NCBI GenBank assembly: GCA_963732385.1
Contig: CAVSZB010000007.1
Location: 416,001 to 480,000, forward strand
Direction of reading: 5' to 3'
DNA: 64,000 nucleotides
From: an uncultured bacterium
GTDB lineage: Bacteria; Krumholzibacteriota; Krumholzibacteriia; LZORAL124-64-63
Below are positions 49,906 to 58,009 of this stretch, piece after piece. Both the position numbers and the translations under genes were made by a program. Within the stretch, counting starts at the first letter, position 1. Each line of letters starts with the position of its first letter. The notes beneath the pieces were generated by a model. It searched no databases. It saw only the letters and a program-made list of their open reading frames with translations, and was not told the DNA's origin.

Positions 49906-51432
49906 TCACTCCGGATTGTCCGTCACCCAGGCGTGGATCAGTTCCGCCATCGCTTCGGGATTCTCCGTTGCGTAGTCCTTGACCTCGGTAATCATGCGGG
50001 CGGAATTGTCGGGCGATGCGCCGTCCCGAATGGAGGGCATCGTAGGATCCACGCCGCCCGCAGTTCCGGCTCCGGCGCCGGCGGCGGCTGCGGAACGGCG
50101 CATCGGAACGCCCTCGGACACCAGGCGTCCGAGGTTACGCCGCACCACCAGCACCAGGATGATCGCCACGACCACCATCAACACCTTGCCCACGAGTTGG
50201 GGCGCCAATTCGAGCCATGGCTGCCCCAGCAGGCCGGGCTCCGGCGCGGGCGCTTCCCGCTCGCGGAACTGCATATTGACGACCTCGATCCGGTCGCCGC
50301 GCGAGGTGTCGATGCCGATCGCGGTCCGCACCACACGCTGGATTTGGTTCAACTCCTCATCGCTGAGCGGCGTGTAGACCGGATCGCCGCCGCCGGTCGG
50401 CGCCGTATAGCGCCCGTCCACGAATACACTGACGGAGAGGGTCTTGACGTTGCCGACCTCGCCGACGATCGTCTCGACGGTCTTGTTGATCTCGTAGTTC
50501 GTGACCGAACTCTCGGAGGTGCCTCCCCCCTGGCTCTCCGCGGACTCGTCGCGTTCCTCGCTGCGCACCACCGTCACCGCCGGATCGTAGACTTCGCGGT
50601 TTTTCTGGAGCCGCTCGAAATTGAGCGTGGCATCGACTCTGACGATCGCCTTCTCGCCGCCGAGCACCTCGGTCAGCATGGTTTCGGCCTTCTGCGTCAG
50701 GTAGCCCTCGATCTCCTTCTTCATCGCCAGCTGGCCCTCGGAATTTCCCACCACACTGTCGATGCCGTGGTTCCGCGAGAGCACGGTGCCGCGCTGGTCG
50801 ATCACTGTCACGTTGTCGGTGGTCAGTCCCTCCACACTGCCGGAGATCAGCGCCTGGATACCGTTGATCTGGTCTTCACCGAGCCGGGCGTTGCGTGCCA
50901 GACCCACCACGACCGAGGCGGTGGCTGACGTGGCCAGCTTCTTGAAGATCGACGGCTTCGGGATGACCAGATGCACGCGCGCGGTGTTGATGCCGGACAG
51001 CGAGAGGATGGACTTGGTCAGCTCGCCCTCGAGTGCGCGTTTGAAATTGACGTCCTGCAGGAATTCGGTCAGACCATACTGCTTGCCGTCGAAGATCTCG
51101 AATCCGACCGTTCCCGAAGAGGGAATGCCCTTGGCGGCGAGATCCACCCGCAGGCGATGCACATCCCGCTGCGGCACCATGATCGTGGAGCCACCATTGG
51201 TCAGGTCGGCTTCGATGTTCTGCTTCGCCAGTTCATCGAGCGCCAGCGATGCGTCCTCCGGCGACATGTTCGTGAACAGGACCGTCTTGTCCTCGTGGCG
51301 CAGCCAGACGCCGAAGATCGCGATGCTCACCACCGCCGCCACGACGATCGCGCCCAGCAGCACCTTCTGATTGAAGCTGAAACGGCTCATTTTGCCGCCG
51401 AGCCGATCAAGCACCTGTTTCGTTCCGTCCAC
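49906..51432 (-). CDS. fliF: MS-ring protein FliF
   Basis: Two TM helices, GFEIFD, RALEGEL, ARVHLVIPK..ASVVV, RGDRIEV. Confidence 0.96.
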   Translation of the reverse strand: MDGTKQVLDRLGGKMSRFSFNQKVLLGAIVVAAVVSIAIFGVWLRHEDKTVLFTNMSPEDASLALDELAKQNIEADLTNGGSTIMVPQRDVHRLRVDLAAKGIPSSGTVGFEIFDGKQYGLTEFLQDVNFKRALEGELTKSILSLSGINTARVHLVIPKPSIFKKLATSATASVVVGLARNARLGEDQINGIQALISGSVEGLTTDNVTVIDQRGTVLSRNHGIDSVVGNSEGQLAMKKEIEGYLTQKAETMLTEVLGGEKAIVRVDATLNFERLQKNREVYDPAVTVVRSEERDESAESQGGGTSESSVTNYEINKTVETIVGEVGNVKTLSVSVFVDGRYTAPTGGGDPVYTPLSDEELNQIQRVVRTAIGIDTSRGDRIEVVNMQFREREAPAPEPGLLGQPWLELAPQLVGKVLMVVVAIILVLVVRRNLGRLVSEGVPMRRSAAAAGAGAGTAGGVDPTMPSIRDGASPDNSARMITEVKDYATENPEAMAELIHAWVTDNPE

Positions 51433-51466
51433 GGGCTCACCTCAGGCGCGGTCCACCCCGGAGGGG

Positions 51467-51778
51467 TCAGACCTGCAGCCGCATGATTTCCTGGTACGAC
51501 TCGATCAGCCGGTTACGCACTTCAAGCATGAGCTCGAAGGCCAGCTGCGCCTCCTCGGTTGCGATCATCACGTCGTGCGGGTTCTGGACCGTGCCGGCCA
51601 CCATCCCCTGCACGGTCTCGTCACGCGCGCCCTGCAGGCGGTTGACCTCCTGCAATGCGCCGCGCAACTGGTCGGCGAACGACGGACCGTTCGCGACCGG
51701 AGCCGCGGGGGCGGCGCCGGCGCCGTACAGCCGCGCCAGATCGAGACCTGGAATCCCCTTGACCATTCCCACGCCCAT
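51467..51778 (-). CDS. fliE: Hook-basal body protein FliE
   Basis: HDVMIA..EVRNRLIESYQEIMRLQV. Confidence 0.95.
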   Translation of the reverse strand: MGVGMVKGIPGLDLARLYGAGAAPAAPVANGPSFADQLRGALQEVNRLQGARDETVQGMVAGTVQNPHDVMIATEEAQLAFELMLEVRNRLIESYQEIMRLQV

Positions 51779-51794
51779 GCGATCCCCCCGTCCC

Positions 51795-52316
51795 TCAGAT
51801 TTCGAGGGCCTTGCTGAACATGTCCTTGGCCGCCTGCACCGCGCTGACGTTGGCCTCGTAAGCCCGCGTGGCGCTGATCAGGTCCACCATCTCCGTGATG
51901 GGGTTCACGTTCGGCAGCAGGACGTACCCGTCAGAATCGGCGTCGGGGTGACCCGGTTCGAAGATGATCTTGAAATCCGACGACTCCGACGACACGCCCA
52001 CCGCGACCTCCACGCCCTCGGGTTCCCGGCCGCCCGTCGGCGTGCGCGGACGTCCGCCCGCGAAGTGAGCCGGATCGGTGCGGGCCAGGCCCCCGTCCTG
52101 GCGGGCCCCCGGCGTACTGCCGGCGCCGCGCAAGCGGCCGACACGCTGGGCCAGCGCCTCGGCGAAAGCCGCCTGCTGACGGCGGTAAGGCAGCCCCTCC
52201 TCCGTGCGGGTCGTTTCGGCGTTGGCCAGATTCTCGGCCACCGTGTCCATCTTGACGCGCTGGGCGTGCAGTCCGCTCGAACTCATGCGGATGCTGCTGA
52301 AAAACCCGTCGCTCAT
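51795..52316 (-). CDS. flgC: Basal-body rod protein FlgC
   Basis: SGLHAQR..ENLANAET, PGHPDAD..GYV..PNVN..EMVDLISATRAYEAN. Confidence 0.96.
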   Translation of the reverse strand: MSDGFFSSIRMSSSGLHAQRVKMDTVAENLANAETTRTEEGLPYRRQQAAFAEALAQRVGRLRGAGSTPGARQDGGLARTDPAHFAGGRPRTPTGGREPEGVEVAVGVSSESSDFKIIFEPGHPDADSDGYVLLPNVNPITEMVDLISATRAYEANVSAVQAAKDMFSKALEI

Positions 52317-52335
52317 GGCCCGTCACCTCCTGGCG

Positions 52336-52752
52336 CTAGCGTACCTGTCCGGAAACAGCCTCGCGCAGAATGCGGTACTTCATGCTCAGAACCCGCGTCG
52401 CCAGCCGGTAGGAAAGATCGGTCGTGGCCAGCTCCGCCATTTCGCGGTCGACATCAACGTTATTGACGCCATTGTCGACGTCGCTCTCCTGCTCGGCCAC
52501 CTGGCCGTCGGTCAGCGCGGCCTCGCGCCGGCCGACCGGCAGGTGGTGCTGATCGGTGCGGGTGCCGGCGAGACGCCCGGGGCCGGCCGACGCACGCAGC
52601 AATTCCTCGAATTTGTATTCGCGGGCGCGATAACCGGCCGTTTCGACATTCGCCACGTTCTCCGACACCACGCGGTGACGCTGTGAATAGACGACCAGCG
52701 CCTTCTTCAGGCCGTCGAGCCGCGCGCGATCGAAGAGAGTGGGCTGGATCAT
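52336..52752 (-). CDS. flgB: Basal-body rod protein FlgB
   Basis: ENVANVETAGY, NNVDVDREM; upstream of flgC. Confidence 0.94.
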   Translation of the reverse strand: MIQPTLFDRARLDGLKKALVVYSQRHRVVSENVANVETAGYRAREYKFEELLRASAGPGRLAGTRTDQHHLPVGRREAALTDGQVAEQESDVDNGVNNVDVDREMAELATTDLSYRLATRVLSMKYRILREAVSGQVR

Positions 52753-52753
52753 G

Positions 52754-54133
52754 TCAGCACCTCGGGGCGGTCACGCCCATGGCGTTGTACAGGTGCAGTT
52801 TGTTGCGCAGCGTCCGCACGCTGATGCCGAGCGCCCGGGCCGACTGTGTGCGATTGCCGCCGGTCTGACGCAGCTTGCGCAGGATCAACTCACGCTCCAT
52901 GTCCGCCAGGGTCAGATCCGTGGGCAGAACCTCCGCGTCGCGACGCCCGCAGGGATCCATCCCGTCCGCGAGATCGAGCAGCGATTCGTCCAGCTCGACA
53001 CCAGAGTTCATGATCACGGCACGCTCGATGATGTTCTGCAGCTGGCGCACGTTGCCCGGCCACTCGAGACGCGTCAGGCTGGCCATGGCCGATTCGGTAA
53101 TGGCCATGAGCGACTTGCCGTTCTCCGCGCAGACCCCCTCGACGAAGTGCTGAGCCAGCAGCGGAATGTCCTCGCGTCGTTCGCGCAGTGGCGCCATGAA
53201 CAGCGGAATGACGTTCAGGCGGAAGAAGAGGTCCTCGCGAAAACGTTTCTCCTGGATCTCCTCACGCAGGTTGCGATTCGTGGTCGCAATAATGCGGACG
53301 TCGATCTTGGTGGCGCACTTGGCGCCCAGCCGCACGAATTCGCGTTCCTGGAGCACGCGCAGCAGCTTGGCCTGCATCGCGAACGGCATCTCGCTGATCT
53401 CGTCCAGCAGGAGTGTGCCACCGTCGGCCAGTTCGAATTTCCCTTTGCGAGCCTGGACCGCGCCGGTGAACGCGCCGCGCTCGTAGCCGAAAAGTTCGGA
53501 TTCCAGCAAAGTCTCCGGAATCGCCGCGCAGTTGATGCGAATGAAGGCGCTGTTGCGCCGCCCGCCAGCCAGGTGGATGGCGCGCGCGGCGACCTCCTTG
53601 CCGGTGCCGCTCTCGCCCTGCAGCAGAACGGTGCCGCGTGCATCGGCGATCATGGCGATCTTTTCCCGCAGATCCCGCATGGAGGCACTGCTGCCGAGCA
53701 GGCCCCAGTGCTCACGGCGCGTGCGCACGTTGCGACGCAGGCTGCGGTTCTCCTCGCGCAGCTGGAGGTACTCAAAGGCCCGTCCGAGCGCGTGGTCGAG
53801 CTGTTCGAGGCTGAACGGCTTGGTCAGATAGGCGAACGCGCCGCGCTTCGTGGCTTCGACCGCTTCCTGGATAGTGCCGAACGCCGTCATCATGAGGACG
53901 AGTGGTCCCGGCTCCTCGCGGGTCTGGAGGTCGGCAAGCAGGGCCAGACCGTCGCGTCCCGGCATCCGCACGTCGCTCAGCACGATGTCGGCCGGGGCGC
54001 GCGCCAGCGCCGACAGCGCCTCCGCACCGTCGCTTGCCACGCGCACGTCATAGCGGCCGGCCAGTGCGGCCTGCAGCCAATCGCGCATTGTCTGCTCATC
54101 GTCCACCACCAGGAGGCTCTGTCTGCTAGGCAT
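52754..54133 (-). CDS. Sigma54-dependent response regulator (FleR/FlgR/NtrC-like)
   Basis: Receiver VVDD..SDVRMP..TKPF; GESGTGKE, GAFTGA, WPGNVRQL; HTH LGISVRTLRNK; 1 nt from flgB. Confidence 0.93.
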   Translation of the reverse strand: MPSRQSLLVVDDEQTMRDWLQAALAGRYDVRVASDGAEALSALARAPADIVLSDVRMPGRDGLALLADLQTREEPGPLVLMMTAFGTIQEAVEATKRGAFAYLTKPFSLEQLDHALGRAFEYLQLREENRSLRRNVRTRREHWGLLGSSASMRDLREKIAMIADARGTVLLQGESGTGKEVAARAIHLAGGRRNSAFIRINCAAIPETLLESELFGYERGAFTGAVQARKGKFELADGGTLLLDEISEMPFAMQAKLLRVLQEREFVRLGAKCATKIDVRIIATTNRNLREEIQEKRFREDLFFRLNVIPLFMAPLRERREDIPLLAQHFVEGVCAENGKSLMAITESAMASLTRLEWPGNVRQLQNIIERAVIMNSGVELDESLLDLADGMDPCGRRDAEVLPTDLTLADMERELILRKLRQTGGNRTQSARALGISVRTLRNKLHLYNAMGVTAPRC

Positions 54134-54851
54134 TGCTTTCCTTCCGCGCCCGCGCCGGCTTGACCGTCGCAGCTGTTGTGGCCCGCGCAACTTCCATGAC
54201 CACCAGGGCACCGCCACCGGCCCGGTTCGACAGCGACCAGGGCAGTGCGTACATGTCCATCAGGGTATCCACCCGCGCCAGTCCGATGCCGAGACGCCCG
54301 GGTTTCGTCGTCACGAACGGGTCGGCGGCCCGGGCCAGGATGGCCGGCGGCAGCCCGGGGCCATCATCGGCCACCTGCAGTTGCAGCCGTCCGCGGCGTC
54401 CGGCCACCGTATTGATCGTCACACGCGCGCCGGCCGGCGCCGCCTCCGCGGAATTCGTCAGCAGTTCCTCCAGCGCGAGTTGCAGATCGCGCGCAGGCAG
54501 CAGCAGCGGAGCGGCCGCGCCGCCGAGGATCCGCACCGTCAACCGGGTGCAGCGTGTCCGGGCAGCCGTCACGGCCGCCGCCACGACCGCGGCCAGGTCC
54601 CCGCCAGGCGGTTCGGCCGGCCGCGCAAACGCTATCTCCTGTACCGACCGGTAAATTCTCTCCATCAACTCCACTTCGGCCAGGATCTGGCGCGCCCACT
54701 GAGCCACCTGGCGGTCGGCCTCCCCTGCCGCGATCAGACTGGCGTAGCCCTTGATCCCGCACAGGTTATTGCTGGTCTTGTGCAGGTATCCGCGCATGAG
54801 CCGGCTTTGGCGTCCGTCCCGTGCCGTTGCGTGGATCGCGGTCGCGGTCAT
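54126..54851 (-). CDS. Short sensor-less histidine kinase
   Basis: H-box-like LHKTSNNL.GIKGYA; N, G1, F and G2 boxes ELLTNSAEA, DDGPG, PFVTTK, GIGLA. Confidence 0.8.
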   Translation of the reverse strand: MTATAIHATARDGRQSRLMRGYLHKTSNNLCGIKGYASLIAAGEADRQVAQWARQILAEVELMERIYRSVQEIAFARPAEPPGGDLAAVVAAAVTAARTRCTRLTVRILGGAAAPLLLPARDLQLALEELLTNSAEAAPAGARVTINTVAGRRGRLQLQVADDGPGLPPAILARAADPFVTTKPGRLGIGLARVDTLMDMYALPWSLSNRAGGGALVVMEVARATTAATVKPARARKESNA

Positions 54852-55267
54852 GGCGCAACCCCGGTCTCCGCCAGCAACAGCTGGTCGTTGAGCTCCTCGG
54901 TTTCCAGAATCTCCTCGATCAGGGCCGCCACCTCGCGCAGTGCCGAGTGGAGGCGGGCGGCGCCGGCGTTGCCCGCTCGCTCCCGCTCCCAGATGTCGCG
55001 CGCCGGCGCGTGCTCACGCTCGAGCCTGGCGATCGCATCGAGCCGGTCGCGCTTGGCGGTCAGCAGCGCGCGCAGTTCGCCCAGGCGCGCGCCACCCCGC
55101 AACAACTCTCCCTGACGGAGGGACAGCGCGAGGATCTCGCCATAGAGCCGCCGTTGGCCCGCGTAGAGGTGCAGCAGGTCTTCCAGCGCGGGGACCGGCA
55201 TCGCCGGTTGCTCAGCGCACCACATTGGCAACGAGGCCACGCGCAACACCCCCTCCCGCCAGCACAT
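54848..55267 (-). CDS. FlgN/FliT-like small helical protein
   Basis: All-helical; L..LLTAKRDRLDAIARLE..ILETEELN pattern; overlaps both neighbours; start uncertain. Confidence 0.55.
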   Translation of the reverse strand: MCWREGVLRVASLPMWCAEQPAMPVPALEDLLHLYAGQRRLYGEILALSLRQGELLRGGARLGELRALLTAKRDRLDAIARLEREHAPARDIWERERAGNAGAARLHSALREVAALIEEILETEELNDQLLLAETGVAP

Positions 55268-56291
55268 TCAGGGTGTCGGCCAGGGCGGCCAGCGCGCAGG
55301 CCCGCGAACGCCACGCCCTCGGCTCGCTGTCGGCGCACAGCAGACGCAGCGCATCGCCGGCGGCGCGGAACCGTCCCGCCTGCAGATCGAGCCCGGCCAG
55401 CTGGTAGCGGCTCCACGGAGCGAGCGATGCGAGGTTGCTCGCCGCGAGCTGACGCCAGAGATCGGCGGCGGCCGGGCGATCCCCGGCCAGATAGAAGAGG
55501 TCAGGCAGGGTGCCCGCGAGCCAGATGCGCTCGCGCCGGCCGAGCGTAGCCGCGGTGTCCCCCTCCGCCAGAAGGATCCGGGCGCCGGTCAACGCCGATT
55601 CCCAATCGCGCAATTGCGTCGCCGCAAAGGTCCGCCAGAAGCGGATCGACGACGGCAGCGCCGCTGTCTGCCCGTCCACCTTGCGCGCCAACAGATCCAG
55701 GGTCAGGCTGTCGCCGCGCGCCAGCAGCCAGCGGAAGGCCAGCACCGCCTCGTCCTCATGCGAGGCGAGTTCGCTGGCGCCCAGCGTGTTGAACAGCGCC
55801 CTCCCGACGGTCTGGGAGTCACCGAGCGCCGCCGCGCTGCCCAACGATTCGCGCTCGAGCACCGGCGCCAACTCACGGGTCTCGTCGCGCACAGCCGCTT
55901 CGCCATACCAGCCGAGCGCGTGATCGTATTCGCCCAGCGCGCGGTAGGCCCGCGCCGTGGACAGCGACTCGGCCGCCGTTCGGACCGGCCGGCGAGGCGC
56001 TTCGTTGGCGCGCTCGACCTCGCGCACCTGCGCGGCAGACTCCAGGCGCGACGGAGCATCGACCTGCCTGATCGCGAGCGTGGGGAACAGCGACGAGCCG
56101 AGCGCCGGCAGACTGTCGTTGGTGACCGGCATCGCCGCGGTCACGCCGAGCCAGCGCGCATAACTGATTCTCTCCTCATCGCCCAGGCCCGGGGCGCAGA
56201 GCACCTGGCCACCGGACAAGAGGGCCACGAAGACAAGCCAGACGACAGCCGCCACGCCTCCTGCTGCCTTCCGCTGCCTCGCTGTCTGCAC
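55212..56291 (-). CDS. Exported/membrane-anchored TPR-like hypothetical protein
   Basis: GGAGG RBS with GTG at 56291; N-terminal hydrophobic segment; TPR-like helices (AYRALGEYDHALGWY, YQLAGLDLQAGRF). Confidence 0.65.
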   Translation of the reverse strand: MQTARQRKAAGGVAAVVWLVFVALLSGGQVLCAPGLGDEERISYARWLGVTAAMPVTNDSLPALGSSLFPTLAIRQVDAPSRLESAAQVREVERANEAPRRPVRTAAESLSTARAYRALGEYDHALGWYGEAAVRDETRELAPVLERESLGSAAALGDSQTVGRALFNTLGASELASHEDEAVLAFRWLLARGDSLTLDLLARKVDGQTAALPSSIRFWRTFAATQLRDWESALTGARILLAEGDTAATLGRRERIWLAGTLPDLFYLAGDRPAAADLWRQLAASNLASLAPWSRYQLAGLDLQAGRFRAAGDALRLLCADSEPRAWRSRACALAALADTLNVLAGGGVARGLVANVVR

Positions 56292-56333
56292 GTCGCACCT
56301 CCCCCGGTCGCCATGATCCGGTGGCCCGGTGTC

Positions 56334-56349
56334 CGCAAACAGCATGCCT
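56334..56349 (-). promoter_or_regulatory. Sigma54 -24/-12 promoter heading the TPR-kinase-RR-flgB operon
   Basis: AGGCATGCTGTTTGCG (GG-N10-GC). Confidence 0.7.
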
Positions 56350-56572
56350 CCGGGGGCGGAACGTTCCCGGGGCATGGGCAGAAGATTCCGGGGCCGGTGG
56401 CCGGGAGGTGAAAGGGAGAGAAGGGGTTGTCAGTTATGGAGATGGAAGAATGATAGAGAATCTGGACCGGCGGCACTCGGCAACAACAGCCTCACCCCGG
56501 CACCCGATTTTGCCCCAGCGCAGGCCGGCCACTGGTCAAGCGTGGCCGGAAAACGGACAGCTCGCCGCCGCG

Positions 56573-58009
56573 CTACTCCTCAGCCTCGGCGGCCAGCCCT
56601 GCGATGGTGTCGTCGCCCAGGTCCTGCTGGTAGAGCCGCAGCTTCTCGCGCAGCGTCTGGCGCGAAATGCCCAGGAGACGGGCGGCGCGGCTTTTGTTGT
56701 TCCCGGTCGCCTCGAGCAGGTGCAGGATCTGGCGGCGTTCCACCTCGGCCAGCGACTGCAGACCCGGCTCGCCGATGCCGGCGGCCGCGGCCGCTGCGCG
56801 GGGATTGCGTCCCGCGAGGATGTGGGGCGGCAGCTGTTCCGGAAGCAGCCGGGCCGGTTCCTCGAGGATCATGATACGCTTCAGGACGTTCTTGACCTCG
56901 CGCACATTGCCTGGCCACGAATAGCGGCGCAGCGCCTCGAGCAGCGCCGGCGACGCCGGCTCGCACGCCTGTCCGAGCGCCGCGTTGAACTCCGAAATGA
57001 AGTGATTTACCAGGATTTCCAGATCCTGCGGGCGCTCCCGCAACGGCGGTATCATGATCTCGACCACCTGGAGACGGTAGTAGAGGTCGTTGCGGAATGC
57101 TCCGCGCTCGATTTCCTCCTCGAGCCGGCGGTTGGTGGCGGCGACGACACGCGCCTGAACCGTCAGTTCATCCCGTCCGCCCACGCGTCGATAGCGCCGG
57201 TTCTCGATGACCCGCAGCAACCGGCTCTGGAGGAGGATGCCCATCTCCCCGATCTCGTCCAGGAAGATCGTACCGCTCCCGGCCAGCTCGAACAGCCCTT
57301 CGCGGCGCGCCTTGGCGTCGGTGAAGGCCCCCTTTTCGTGTCCGAACAGCTCGCTCTCGAGCAGCGCTTCCGGCACGGCTGCGCAGTTGATCTCCATGAA
57401 CGGCTCGCCGTGCGCCTCCCCCACCTCGTGGATCGCGCGCGCCACGATCTCCTTCCCTGAACCGGACTCGCCCTGGATGAGAATCGAGGTGTCGTGCCCG
57501 GCGCGGCTGCCGCCGATCTTGTCGAGCACGCGGGCTACCCCGGCCAGACCTGGGCAGTTTCGGATCATGTCCAGATAGACACCGTCCTCCGACCGGGCGC
57601 GTATGGCGCGCACCCGGTCGTCATCGCCGTGGGGAGCCTCGCTTTCGGTCGCCCGCAGCGCAGCCCGCACCTGCTGCCTGATGGTTCCCAGCTTGAACGG
57701 CTTCTGGATGAAATCGTAGGCCCCGGCCCGCATGGCGGCGACCGCCGTGTCGACATCCCCGTAGGCCGTCATCATGATCACCGGCGTGGCCACCCCCTGA
57801 TGGCGCAACGCCTGCATCACCTCGAGCCCGGAGATGCCCGGCAGCTTAAGATCGCTGACGATCAGATCGGGCGCGCGTCCATGGCAGCAGGCAAGAGCCT
57901 CTTCGCCGGTTTCAGCGGCGTCCACCTGGTAGCCGTCGGCAGCAAGCGCCTCGGCCAGCGACAGTCTGATCGTTGTTTCATCGTCCACGACGAGGATCCG
58001 CTTGCTCAT
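56573..58009 (-). CDS. Sigma54-dependent response regulator (NtrC/AtoC-like)
   Basis: Receiver ILVVDDE..SDLKLP..QKPF; GESGSGKE, GAFTDA, WPGNVREV; HTH LGISRQTLREK. Confidence 0.93.
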   Translation of the reverse strand: MSKRILVVDDETTIRLSLAEALAADGYQVDAAETGEEALACCHGRAPDLIVSDLKLPGISGLEVMQALRHQGVATPVIMMTAYGDVDTAVAAMRAGAYDFIQKPFKLGTIRQQVRAALRATESEAPHGDDDRVRAIRARSEDGVYLDMIRNCPGLAGVARVLDKIGGSRAGHDTSILIQGESGSGKEIVARAIHEVGEAHGEPFMEINCAAVPEALLESELFGHEKGAFTDAKARREGLFELAGSGTIFLDEIGEMGILLQSRLLRVIENRRYRRVGGRDELTVQARVVAATNRRLEEEIERGAFRNDLYYRLQVVEIMIPPLRERPQDLEILVNHFISEFNAALGQACEPASPALLEALRRYSWPGNVREVKNVLKRIMILEEPARLLPEQLPPHILAGRNPRAAAAAAGIGEPGLQSLAEVERRQILHLLEATGNNKSRAARLLGISRQTLREKLRLYQQDLGDDTIAGLAAEAEE

